Shown piece by piece: positions 17,429 to 26,798 of a DNA stretch of 64,000 bases. The notes beneath the pieces were generated by a model that saw only the letters and a program-made list of their open reading frames with translations, did no database searches and had not been told where the DNA came from. The DNA is from Lachnospiraceae bacterium. Its GTDB lineage: Bacteria; Bacillota; Clostridia; Lachnospirales; Lachnospiraceae. The position numbers were made by a program, and so were the translations under genes. The DNA is taken from the NCBI GenBank assembly GCA_031547045.1, contig JAVBSN010000027.1, forward strand, positions 13,933 through 77,932, given 5' to 3'. Numbering within the stretch: position 1 is the stretch's first letter; every line of letters begins with the position of its first letter.

Positions 17429-17469
17429 GTGCATTTAGACAATGTTAAATTGTTTAAATGCACTTTTTT
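17429..17469 (+). terminator. Intrinsic terminator after paralog 2
   Basis: 14-bp stem GTGCATTTAGACAA/TTGTTTAAATGCAC followed by TTTTTT. Confidence 0.75.
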
Positions 17470-17553
17470 AGATGAAATTACATATAAGAACAAAAGAAGA
17501 TGGTATACAACAATAATCGATTGATACTTAATAAAATGTTAATAAATGGAGCA

Positions 17554-17582
17554 TTGACACAGAAGTGTAACTTTGTTAGAAT
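17554..17582 (+). promoter_or_regulatory. Sigma-A promoter of NlpC/P60 paralog 3
   Basis: TTGACA-17 nt-TAGAAT. Confidence 0.6.
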
Positions 17583-17587
17583 AACCT

Positions 17588-17615
17588 TGTAACATATATG
17601 TAACAATTTTGTAAC
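17588..17615 (+). promoter_or_regulatory. Three phased TGTAAC direct repeats (WalR-type box)
   Basis: TGTAAC at 17588, 17599 and 17610, an exact 11-bp period. Fits TGTWAH-N5-TGTWAH twice over. Confidence 0.5.
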
Positions 17616-17646
17616 ATATATAATATAAAACTTAGGAGGTTTGATA

Positions 17647-18900
17647 ATGAGAAAATCAGCATACATGGTAGCAGCGATGTTGTTAGCTGGTGGAGTAATG
17701 GTTGATAATAATGTTGTTAACGCAAATGAGTCATCTGATGCTAGCATAATAAGTATAACAGCAACTATAGACAAATATGTAGAAGAAAGTAATAGCAATT
17801 TAAATACGATAGATAATAATGGTGATTACATAGGAGAAACAAAGGATAAAGAATCTAATATATATGTAGAAAGATATAAAGAAGAAACTATAACTAAGTA
17901 TCCTAGATTTGAAAATGTATTAATTCCAAAAGTTGAATTGTATCTTAATATACGTTCAGAAGCAAGTGAAGAATCAGAAGTAGTTGGTAAACTATATATA
18001 GGTTCGGGTGCTACAATCTTAGAAGAAGGTGAAGAATGGACTAAGATAGAATCTGGAGATGTAGTAGGATATGTAAAAAATGAATATACTATGAGAAATG
18101 ATGAAGCAGGTGAATACGCAGAATCTAATTTACCTAAAGAAGCCACAGTAACTACTGAAACATTGTTTGTAAGAGAAGATCAAAGCGTTGAATCAACTTG
18201 CATTGGATTAGTTTCAGAAGGAAATGCTTATAAAGTAGTAGAATCTTCAGATGAGTGGATTAAGATAGAAGCAGATGATAATGTAGTAGGATATGTGTCA
18301 GCAGAATATGTTGATGTTGATTTCAAATTAGATGATGCAATCTCTAAGGAAGAAGAGGAAGCTTTAATTAAGAAAGCGGAAGAAGAGAAGAAAGCCAAAG
18401 AGAAAAAAGAAGCTGAAGAGAAATCTAATAAAAAATCAAATACTAAAAAATCAACAAACAATGAAGGTTCAAGAAGTAATGATAATACTAATTCAAACGA
18501 CACTCAACCAACTGTTTCAATAGGTGATGGTGGTGGAAGTGGAAGAAGCGATATTGTAGAATATGCATTACAATTTGTAGGAAATCCATATGTATATGGT
18601 GGTACAAGCTTAACTGATGGAACTGATTGTTCAGGATTTGTAATGAGCGTATATGCTAATTTTGGATATAGCTTACCAAGAACATCTGCAGATCAATCAA
18701 ATGCTGGTACAGAAGTAAGTTTAGATAGTCTTCAACCAGGAGATTTGTTATTCTATAGAGGAAGTAATGGAAGAGTAAGCCATGTTACAATGTATATAGG
18801 TGGTGGACAAGTAGTTCATGCTAGTACAGAAAGAACAGGAATTATTATATCAAGTGTAAATTATAGAACTCCTTGCAGTGCAAGAAGGGTAACTAATTAA
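17647..18900 (+). CDS. Secreted SH3b-NlpC/P60 cell-wall hydrolase (paralog 3)
   Basis: The ATG at 17647 is 7 nt after AGGAGG. 417 aa. DCSGF, HVTMYIG, VVHAS. Confidence 0.85.
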   Translation: MRKSAYMVAAMLLAGGVMVDNNVVNANESSDASIISITATIDKYVEESNSNLNTIDNNGDYIGETKDKESNIYVERYKEETITKYPRFENVLIPKVELYLNIRSEASEESEVVGKLYIGSGATILEEGEEWTKIESGDVVGYVKNEYTMRNDEAGEYAESNLPKEATVTTETLFVREDQSVESTCIGLVSEGNAYKVVESSDEWIKIEADDNVVGYVSAEYVDVDFKLDDAISKEEEEALIKKAEEEKKAKEKKEAEEKSNKKSNTKKSTNNEGSRSNDNTNSNDTQPTVSIGDGGGSGRSDIVEYALQFVGNPYVYGGTSLTDGTDCSGFVMSVYANFGYSLPRTSADQSNAGTEVSLDSLQPGDLLFYRGSNGRVSHVTMYIGGGQVVHASTERTGIIISSVNYRTPCSARRVTN

Positions 18901-18910
18901 AATGTGTGTG

Positions 18911-18956
18911 AGGACCTATACTATGTAAAAATAGTATAGGTCCTTTGTCGTATTTT
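18911..18956 (+). terminator. Intrinsic terminator after paralog 3
   Basis: Perfect 14-bp stem AGGACCTATACTAT/ATAGTATAGGTCCT with a T-rich tail. Confidence 0.75.
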
Positions 18957-18978
18957 GATGTTGAAAATTGAAAATGAT

Positions 18979-19329
18979 TATCGAAAAAAGTCAAGCTAAA
19001 AATCATAAAAATAGAAAAATAGTCAAAATGCACAAATGAAAATGGGGTAAGTAGACATAATAAGTAGCAACTAGTTATGCAAACTATTGAATAAAGATGA
19101 TTACCCACAAAAAATGTGGGTTAAAAATGGCGCAAAATGGACTTATACACAAAGTTATCAACATTATCCACAATTTTGAGGGGGTGAAAATCATAAAAAA
19201 ATATCGAAAATGCCGAACAAAAGTTTTGTAAGATATTATGAAAAAGAAATAAAATCATAAAAACTATTGACTTTTGAAATGTACAAAAATTATATAAATT
19301 GAGTACATAATTTAGAAAACTATCGAAAA
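18979..19329 (+). repeat. Dispersed short direct repeats in a non-coding AT-rich region
   Basis: AAAATCATAAAAA occurs three times (18999, 19187, 19251). TATCGAAAA occurs three times (18979, 19202, 19321). AAACTATTGA occurs twice (19081, 19261). Confidence 0.5.
19101..19172. promoter_or_regulatory. DnaA-box cluster
   Basis: TTACCCACA (19101) and inverted TGTGGGTTA (19115), then tandem TTATACACA (19143), TTATCAACA (19155) and perfect TTATCCACA (19164). Consensus is TTATNCACA. Confidence 0.5.
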
Positions 19330-19366
19330 TATATCTGAAAAATATATAAAAAATACACAAAAAACA

Positions 19367-19394
19367 TTGATATTTTACTCATTTATGGTATAAT
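19367..19394 (+). promoter_or_regulatory. Sigma-A promoter of hpf (extended -10)
   Basis: TTGATA-16 nt-(TGg)TATAAT. Confidence 0.6.
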
Positions 19395-19479
19395 ATTCAT
19401 ATGCAAGTCCCACAGAGCATTTTGTGATTTGCATGAAAGTCGTAAGACTTATATCCTATGTAAGAAGGAGTTGGACAGT

Positions 19480-20007
19480 ATGAAGTACATAATTAGTGGC
19501 AAAAACATCGAGGTAACAGACGGTCTGAAGAATGCGATATATGATAAGTTTGACAGACTAGAAAAATATTTTACGGAGGATGCAGAAGTACACGTTACTT
19601 TTAACGTAGAGAAAGATAGACAAAAGATAGAAGTTACTATTCCTGTCAAAGGTCATATAATTAGAGCAGAGCAAGTAAGTGATGATATGTATGTGTCTAT
19701 AGATTTGGTTATTGAGATTCTTGAAAGACAAATTTCTAAATATAAGAAGAAACTTATTGATCAAGAACAGAGTGCAAAGTATTTCACACCAGAATTTTTG
19801 GATGATGATGATGTAGATGAAGAAGAGATTAATATAATTAGAAGTAAAAGTTTTGCAGTTAAACCAATGTTCCCGGAAGATGCTTGTGTACAGATGGATT
19901 TGTTAGGACATAATTTCTATGTATTTAGAAATGCAAAAACAGATGAAGTTAATGTAGTATACAAACGTAAAGGTAATACATTTGGATTAATAGAGCCAGA
20001 ATTTTAA
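19480..20007 (+). CDS. hpf: Ribosome hibernation-promoting factor, long form
   Basis: The ATG at 19480 follows AAGGAG. MKYIISGKNIEVTDGLK... with a C-terminal dimerisation domain. 175 aa. Confidence 0.9.
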   Translation: MKYIISGKNIEVTDGLKNAIYDKFDRLEKYFTEDAEVHVTFNVEKDRQKIEVTIPVKGHIIRAEQVSDDMYVSIDLVIEILERQISKYKKKLIDQEQSAKYFTPEFLDDDDVDEEEINIIRSKSFAVKPMFPEDACVQMDLLGHNFYVFRNAKTDEVNVVYKRKGNTFGLIEPEF

Positions 20008-20013
20008 TACATG

Positions 20014-20041
20014 GAGGAGTGGATAACCACTCCTCTTTTTT
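20014..20041 (+). terminator. Intrinsic terminator of hpf
   Basis: GAGGAGTGG-ataa-CCACTCCTC followed by TTTTTT. Confidence 0.8.
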
Positions 20042-20070
20042 ATGCTAAAAAAATCAATATAGTTGTACCT

Positions 20071-20098
20071 TTTACAAATAGTAAGTTTATGTTAGAAT
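20071..20098 (+). promoter_or_regulatory. Candidate promoter of metH (extended -10)
   Basis: TTTACA-16 nt-(TGt)TAGAAT. The 5' UTR is only about 20-25 nt, so there is no room for a riboswitch. Confidence 0.5.
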
Positions 20099-20126
20099 AT
20101 ATTTTATTAAAGATAAGGAGTGTACT

Positions 20127-22547
20127 ATGACTAGAGAACAATTTAGAAAATTAATTGATGATAAAATATTATTGCTAGATGGTGCAACTGGTACCAATCT
20201 TATTAAGTTAGGTATGCCAATAGGTATATGCCCTGAGAAATGGATATTAGATAATCCTGAAAAAATGATAGAGTTACAAAAGAGTTATATTGAGGCAGGA
20301 AGTAATATTATATATGCACCTACATTTTCAGGGAATAGGATAAAACTAGCTGAATATGGGTTGGAAAATGATATTGAATATATGAATAAAGAATTGGTGA
20401 CTTTATCAAAAAAAGCTATAGCGGCTGCAGGACATAGAGGATATGTTGCTGGAAATATTACAATGACTGGTAGGCAATTATACCCTATTGGAGACTTGCA
20501 GTTTGAAGAATTAGTTGATGTATACAAAGAACAAGTGAAATATATGGCTGAAGCAGAAGTGGATTTATTTGTTGTTGAAACAATAATGAGTCTAGCTGAG
20601 ACAAGAGCAGCAGTTATTGCAATAAAAGAAATATGTGATTTACCTATTATAGTTTCTATGACATATAATGAAGATGGCAGAACCTTATATGGAACAGATC
20701 CTAAAACAGCAATGGTTGTATTGCAAAGTTTAGGTGTAGATGCAGTAGGCCTTAATTGTTCTACAGGGCCTGAACAGATGATACCATTAATAGAAGAGAT
20801 GAAAGCATATGCAAATATACCCATTGTGGCAAAGCCTAATGCAGGATTACCAGAGTTAGTAGATGGAGAAACTATATATCCTATGTCTCCAAGGGAATTT
20901 GCTGATTATGGAAGAAAATTAGTAGATGCAGGAGCAAATATAATAGGAGGTTGTTGTGGAACAACGCCTAAACATATTGAAGCATTAGCTCAAAGTGTTA
21001 AATTGTTAGATGCTCCAGAGATAAGTTCGAAATATAAAAGAGTAATATCCTCAGAGAGAAAAACTGTTGATATAGATATAAATGGCTCGTTTATGGTAGT
21101 AGGTGAGAGAATTAATCCTACTGGAAAGAAGAAATTACAAGAAGAACTAAGGGCAGGGAAGCTTGATTTAGTAGTATCTATGGCAGAGGAGCAAGAGAAA
21201 AGTGGAGCAGCAATCTTAGATATTAATATGGGTACTAATGGTATTGATGAAAAAGATATGATGATTAAGTCTATTTATGAGGTTTCAAATGCAGTTAATT
21301 CGCCTTTATGTATTGATTCAAGTTATGTAGATGTTATCGAAGCAGCACTTAGAATATATCCTGGACGAGCATTGATTAATTCTATATCCTTAGAAGAAGA
21401 TAAGATTGAGAAATTACTACCTATTGCTAAGAAATATGGTGCTATGTTTATATTATTGCCATTATCTGCTGAAGGATTACCAAAGGATAAAGAAGAGAAG
21501 ATAAGTATTATAAATACTATATTAAATAAAGCAATTGAATGTGGCTTTAGAAAAGAAGATATAATAGTTGATGGACTTGTAGCTACGGTTGGTGCTAATA
21601 AAAATGCAGCAATTGAAGCTTTAGAAACTATAGAATATTGTAAGAATGAATTAGAATTAGCTACAATTTGTGGTTTATCTAATATATCATTTGGATTACC
21701 AGAAAGAATATTTGTAAATACTGCATTTTTAACATTAGCAATTTCTAGAGGTCTAACAATGGCGATTGCTAACCCTTCACAAAGTCTTTTAATGAATGGA
21801 GCATACGCAGCAGACTTGTTATTAAACAAAGAAAATGCAGATATAAATTATATTGAAAATGTATCAGCTATAGATACTTCTAATAGTAATATTACTCAAA
21901 ATAAAAATAGTGATGTAGATATTATAAGTAAAGTATATGAAGATGTATTAAAGGGAAATAAAAAGGCTGTGATTGAAGATGTTATAGCTAGATTGGAAGA
22001 GGGGATATTATCAGATAGTATTATAGAAGAAGAACTTATACCGGCAATTAATAAAGTTGGTGTATTGTTTGATGAGAAAAAATATTTCTTACCACAATTA
22101 ATAGCGAGTGCTGAAACTATGGAAATGGCAATATCACATTTAGAACCATTATTAAAGAAAAAAGGTAGTGGAAAAAAACTACCTACTATAGTAATCGCAA
22201 CAGTAGAAGGAGATATACATGATATTGGTAAGAATTTAGTAGTGCTTATGTTAAAAAATTATGGTTATAATGTAATTGATATGGGCAAAGATATACCGGC
22301 TGAAGAAATTGTAGACAAAGCTATAGAAGACAAAGCATCTATAATTGGATTATCGGCACTAATGACTACTACTATGATGAGAATGGAAGAAGTAGTGAAA
22401 ATAGCAAAAACTAAGAAGTGTAAGGCAAAGATAATAATAGGTGGTGCAGTTGTTACAGAAAGTTTTGCTAAAGAAATAGGCGCAGATGGATATTCTAAAG
22501 ATGCAGCAGAGGCAGTTCAATTAGTAAAGAAATTGCTAGAGAAATAG
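20127..22547 (+). CDS. metH: Cobalamin-dependent methionine synthase, short form (Hcy-binding, pterin-binding and B12 modules; no AdoMet reactivation module)
   Basis: 806 aa. Contains LLLDGATGTNL, GGCCGTTP, VVGERINPTGKKK and the B12 motif GDIHDIGKN. Ends after the B12 Rossmann domain. Confidence 0.9.
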   Translation: MTREQFRKLIDDKILLLDGATGTNLIKLGMPIGICPEKWILDNPEKMIELQKSYIEAGSNIIYAPTFSGNRIKLAEYGLENDIEYMNKELVTLSKKAIAAAGHRGYVAGNITMTGRQLYPIGDLQFEELVDVYKEQVKYMAEAEVDLFVVETIMSLAETRAAVIAIKEICDLPIIVSMTYNEDGRTLYGTDPKTAMVVLQSLGVDAVGLNCSTGPEQMIPLIEEMKAYANIPIVAKPNAGLPELVDGETIYPMSPREFADYGRKLVDAGANIIGGCCGTTPKHIEALAQSVKLLDAPEISSKYKRVISSERKTVDIDINGSFMVVGERINPTGKKKLQEELRAGKLDLVVSMAEEQEKSGAAILDINMGTNGIDEKDMMIKSIYEVSNAVNSPLCIDSSYVDVIEAALRIYPGRALINSISLEEDKIEKLLPIAKKYGAMFILLPLSAEGLPKDKEEKISIINTILNKAIECGFRKEDIIVDGLVATVGANKNAAIEALETIEYCKNELELATICGLSNISFGLPERIFVNTAFLTLAISRGLTMAIANPSQSLLMNGAYAADLLLNKENADINYIENVSAIDTSNSNITQNKNSDVDIISKVYEDVLKGNKKAVIEDVIARLEEGILSDSIIEEELIPAINKVGVLFDEKKYFLPQLIASAETMEMAISHLEPLLKKKGSGKKLPTIVIATVEGDIHDIGKNLVVLMLKNYGYNVIDMGKDIPAEEIVDKAIEDKASIIGLSALMTTTMMRMEEVVKIAKTKKCKAKIIIGGAVVTESFAKEIGADGYSKDAAEAVQLVKKLLEK

Positions 22548-22570
22548 AGCGTAAGAGGCTTAATAAATAA

Positions 22571-22599
22571 TTGACAAGGCTTATAATAGTTGTTACAAT
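22571..22599 (+). promoter_or_regulatory. Sigma-A promoter of ilvN-ilvC
   Basis: TTGACA-17 nt-(TGt)TACAAT. Confidence 0.6.
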
Positions 22600-22652
22600 G
22601 ACAGTTAGGCTGAAAAGATGCATGAATTAAGAAAAGAAAGGTGGATGTTGGT

Positions 22653-23138
22653 ATGAAACAAATGGTATTATCACTTTTGGTAGATAACACATCAGGAGTT
22701 TTAAGTCGTGTTTCAGGAATGTTTAGTCGAAGAGGCTATAATATTGATTCGTTAACAGTTGGAGTAACAGAGAATCCTAAATATTCAAGAATGACAGTAG
22801 CCGTTAGCGGAGACGATAGAATATTAGATCAGATTGAGAAACAACTTAATAAATTAGAAGATGTTGTTGAGATAGAAGAACTTAAAGATGGTACTTCAGT
22901 ATGTAGAGAACTTGTGCTAATTAAAGTTAAAGCAACTAGAGAAGAGAAACAACAGATAATTGCAGTTGCAGATGTATTTAGAGCAAAAATTGTAGATGTT
23001 TCTATGGGCTCAATAATGATTGAATTAACAGGTAATGTTAGTAAAGTAGAAGCATTTTTAGATTTATTAGAAGGATTTGAACTTCAAAGTTTAGTAAGAA
23101 CAGGTCTTACTGGATTAACAAGAGGAAGTAGTAACTAA
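22653..23138 (+). CDS. ilvN: Acetolactate synthase small (regulatory) subunit
   Basis: The ATG at 22653 is 7 nt after AAAGGTGGA. The ACT domain VLSLLVDNTSGVLSRVSGMFSRRGYNIDSLTVG is typical of IlvN/IlvH. Confidence 0.9.
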   Translation: MKQMVLSLLVDNTSGVLSRVSGMFSRRGYNIDSLTVGVTENPKYSRMTVAVSGDDRILDQIEKQLNKLEDVVEIEELKDGTSVCRELVLIKVKATREEKQQIIAVADVFRAKIVDVSMGSIMIELTGNVSKVEAFLDLLEGFELQSLVRTGLTGLTRGSSN

Positions 23139-23153
23139 AAAGTAATTACTTAA

Positions 23154-24221
<1,068 letters not shown>

Positions 24222-24236
24222 TTATACAGTTATTAT

Positions 24237-24262
24237 GGGCGGCGCAAGCGTCGCCCTTTTTT
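24237..24262 (+). terminator. Intrinsic terminator of ilvC
   Basis: GGGCGGCG-caag-CGTCGCCC followed by TTTTTT. Confidence 0.8.
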
Positions 24263-24275
24263 AAAAGGTGAAAAA

Positions 24276-25334
24276 ATGTTTGATATAAATAAAAATGGAT
24301 TAATTAGAAAACTTAAAAAACAGGATAAGAAAACTTTAAATATATTAGCAATATTATTAATAATTATATTAATAGGGATATTTATGCTAATTATTATGAT
24401 TGGCAATGGTAATAAAAAAATATATGAAAATGGTAAAGAATCAATAAAGGAAGATGAGATTACATTTTACTCTCTTAAATATATTAGGAATTATTCCCTA
24501 TGTGATATAGAAGAGTTAGATAAAGAATATGCAAAAAACGTCACATATGATGATTATTATAAAAAACAAATGTTAGATGAAATAATAAATATAAAAATAT
24601 TATATTTATGTGCAATTAATGAAGGAATAAAACTTAATAACGAAGATAAAGAAGAGATTCAAAATAATATAAATGATATAACTGTAATTATAGGGCAGGA
24701 TATCTTGGATAAATATGGTGTTAAGAAGAAAACAATAGAAAAAGCTGTAACCGAAGAATATTATGTATATAAGTTAAAAAATCAGCTAACAAAGGATGTT
24801 GAAGTAGTTGAGAATGAAGCATATGTACATTATTATAATATATTGCTTAGTACAGTAGAACTTAATGAAAATGGTTATATAATAACAGATGAGCAGGGAA
24901 ACATAAAATATATTGACTCATCAAAAAAGGCTAGTCAAAAAGAACGTGCAGACCAGATCTATGAGAAATTAACTGGAGGAGTATCCCTCGAAGCTGTTAT
25001 TAAAGAATATAATATTGAAAGAGATTGTAAAGATCAATATAATACAGAAGAAGGTTTAACAGAAGTCTGTAGGAAGGCGTTGAATAGTATAGAAGAAGGT
25101 CAATACACTAGTGTGTACGAAGATGAGTATGGATATAATATAAATTTATTAATATCTTTAGATGACCAAGAATATGCATCATTAATAAGTGACTTTGATA
25201 ACCAATTATCTAAAGAGAGCATTTGGGAAGAAAAGAAAACTGAATTAATTGTTAAATTAAATGTTGGTTCAGGGAAATTATATGATAAGAATTGGGATAA
25301 AATATCATTGAAAAATTACATGACAGTGGAATAA
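24276..25334 (+). CDS. Membrane-anchored PrsA/SurA-like protein with a degenerate parvulin-type PPIase domain
   Basis: 352 aa with an N-terminal TM. SurA-N-like helical region, then AYVHYYNILL...ADQIYEKLTGGVSLEAVIKEY...GYNINLLIS, resembling a PpiC domain. The assignment is tentative. Confidence 0.45.
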   Translation: MFDINKNGLIRKLKKQDKKTLNILAILLIIILIGIFMLIIMIGNGNKKIYENGKESIKEDEITFYSLKYIRNYSLCDIEELDKEYAKNVTYDDYYKKQMLDEIINIKILYLCAINEGIKLNNEDKEEIQNNINDITVIIGQDILDKYGVKKKTIEKAVTEEYYVYKLKNQLTKDVEVVENEAYVHYYNILLSTVELNENGYIITDEQGNIKYIDSSKKASQKERADQIYEKLTGGVSLEAVIKEYNIERDCKDQYNTEEGLTEVCRKALNSIEEGQYTSVYEDEYGYNINLLISLDDQEYASLISDFDNQLSKESIWEEKKTELIVKLNVGSGKLYDKNWDKISLKNYMTVE

Positions 25335-25338
25335 TATT

Positions 25339-25373
25339 AAAAGAAGCAGATGTTTAATCATCTGCTTCTTTTG
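25339..25373. terminator. Bidirectional terminator between convergent genes
   Basis: AAAAGAAGCAGATG-tttaat-CATCTGCTTCTTTT. The stop codon of the minus-strand gene sits in the loop. Confidence 0.7.
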
Positions 25374-26652
25374 ATTCTTCAGTACCTTGTTCTGGCTCGA
25401 TTTTCATAATAACTGTTTCAATACGGTTCTTATCCATTGAAAGAACTTTATAAGTAATATTTCCCTCAGTTGCAATTTCTCCTTCTGCTGGTAAATGATC
25501 GAGAAGTTCTATAATGTGACCTCCTAGGGAATCATAATCTTCAGAGGATATAGAAGTTCCTATAACATCATTTAAATCATCTAGATTTATAGAAGCATCT
25601 ACTTGATATTCATTATCATTTATACATACAATAGTATCGCTTTCTACGTCATATTCATCACGAATATCACCGACAATCTCTTCTAGCAGGTCCTCTAGTG
25701 TTACAATTCCAGCAGCAGTTCCGTATTCGTCAAGAACAATAGCCATAGGAATTGAATGAGATTTCATGTTGTCTAATAAGACACTGGTTTTTTGATATTC
25801 ATAAGTAAAGAAAGGCTCTCTAAGTATATCTGTTATATTAAATTCCCCTTCTTTATGAGTGGTTATATAGTAAAACAAGTCTTTTATATTAAGGATACCA
25901 ATAATGTTATCTTTGGAATCCTCATAAATAGGAATTCTAGAATATTGTTCCTCCTTATATAAATTAACAATATCATCAAGGGTTGTATCAATAGGTAAAA
26001 GGCACACATCAACTCTAGGAATCATAATGTCCTTTGCGTGAGAATCACCGAAATCAACCACATTGGTAATCATTTTCTTTTCTTCTATTTCAATTACACC
26101 ATCTTCATGACTTGCATCAACAATTGTTCTAAGTTCGCTCTCTGTTAAACTATTATTAGCAGTTGAGTCAATTCTTAATATAAAGAAAACAATTCCAGTT
26201 AGCTTATCTAATAGCCAAATTACAGGAGTTAATACAAATGTTAATCCAGATATAACATAAGCGTATAGTAAAGCCAGCTTAACATTGTGGGCAGCAGCTA
26301 ATGATTTAGGTGTTATTTCTCCGAATATTAATACTAAAAGAGTTAAAATACCAGTTGCTAATCCTACATATTTGTTTCCTAATGTATTAGAAACAAAAGT
26401 AGTAGCCAATGCTGAAGCGGAAATATTTACAATGTTATTACCGATTAATACAGCACTTAGCATCTTTGAAGGATGCTCAACTAATTTAAGAGCTTTTCCG
26501 GCTGCCTTATTGCCTTCTGAAAATAAAGATTTAAGTTTGTGAACACTTACAGTAGTAAGCGATGTCTCTGCTGATGAAAAGAATGCAGATAATAATAGTA
26601 ACAAAAGTATAATACATAATTGTGTAATGGAACTCGGGTCCAAAAGAATCAT
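25354..26652 (-). CDS. CNNM/DUF21-CBS-CorC_HlyC family protein (hemolysin-type / Mg-Co efflux-like)
   Basis: 432 aa: four N-terminal TM helices (DUF21), a CBS pair and a CorC/HlyC C-terminal domain. Confidence 0.85.
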   Translation of the reverse strand: MILLDPSSITQLCIILLLLLLSAFFSSAETSLTTVSVHKLKSLFSEGNKAAGKALKLVEHPSKMLSAVLIGNNIVNISASALATTFVSNTLGNKYVGLATGILTLLVLIFGEITPKSLAAAHNVKLALLYAYVISGLTFVLTPVIWLLDKLTGIVFFILRIDSTANNSLTESELRTIVDASHEDGVIEIEEKKMITNVVDFGDSHAKDIMIPRVDVCLLPIDTTLDDIVNLYKEEQYSRIPIYEDSKDNIIGILNIKDLFYYITTHKEGEFNITDILREPFFTYEYQKTSVLLDNMKSHSIPMAIVLDEYGTAAGIVTLEDLLEEIVGDIRDEYDVESDTIVCINDNEYQVDASINLDDLNDVIGTSISSEDYDSLGGHIIELLDHLPAEGEIATEGNITYKVLSMDKNRIETVIMKIEPEQGTEESKEADD

Positions 26653-26798
26653 CTCCTATTTTAAAATATTTTAGTTAAAATTTTAATGGAATATATTACT
26701 TATGTCAAGTAAACAATACTAGTATATTAAATTTATAATATAAAATATTTTTTTGGTAATAATATAATTGAATATTATATTTCGAAAGGAGACTTATT

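Noticed and set aside
14601-17646. An expected c-di-AMP (ydaO-type) riboswitch upstream of the NlpC/P60 genes.
   Set aside because: The leaders run only about 55 nt from the mapped promoter-like elements to the start codons. That is too short for the aptamer, and no conserved ydaO-like sequence blocks were seen.
19101-19172. The DnaA-box cluster followed by AT-rich DNA as the chromosomal origin (oriC).
   Set aside because: There is no dnaA, dnaN or rpmH nearby. Gene orientation is the same (+) on both sides, with no strand-bias switch, and the window is overwhelmingly co-oriented. A secondary DnaA-box cluster is the more conservative reading.
18979-19329. The repeated 9- to 13-mers as a degenerate CRISPR array or plasmid-type iterons.
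   Set aside because: The repeats are far shorter than CRISPR repeats and irregularly spaced, and two repeat families are interleaved in variable order. No cas or rep genes are present.
18893-19360. Two minus-strand ORFs from the track (71 aa and 79 aa) inside the long non-coding region upstream of hpf.
   Set aside because: Their composition is low-complexity and rich in F, I, L and Y, as expected from translating AT-rich DNA. They have no SD and a non-ATG start. They overlap the terminator of the upstream gene and the DnaA-box cluster.
20285-21829. Long antisense ORFs inside metH (179 aa and 168 aa). Similar ones lie opposite spoIIAB (45223-45711), SulP (454-873, 1144-1521), addB/addA, hydB, the autolysin genes and others.
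   Set aside because: All lie opposite well-supported genes, lack SD sequences and show the S/I/L/F-rich composition typical of shadow ORFs.
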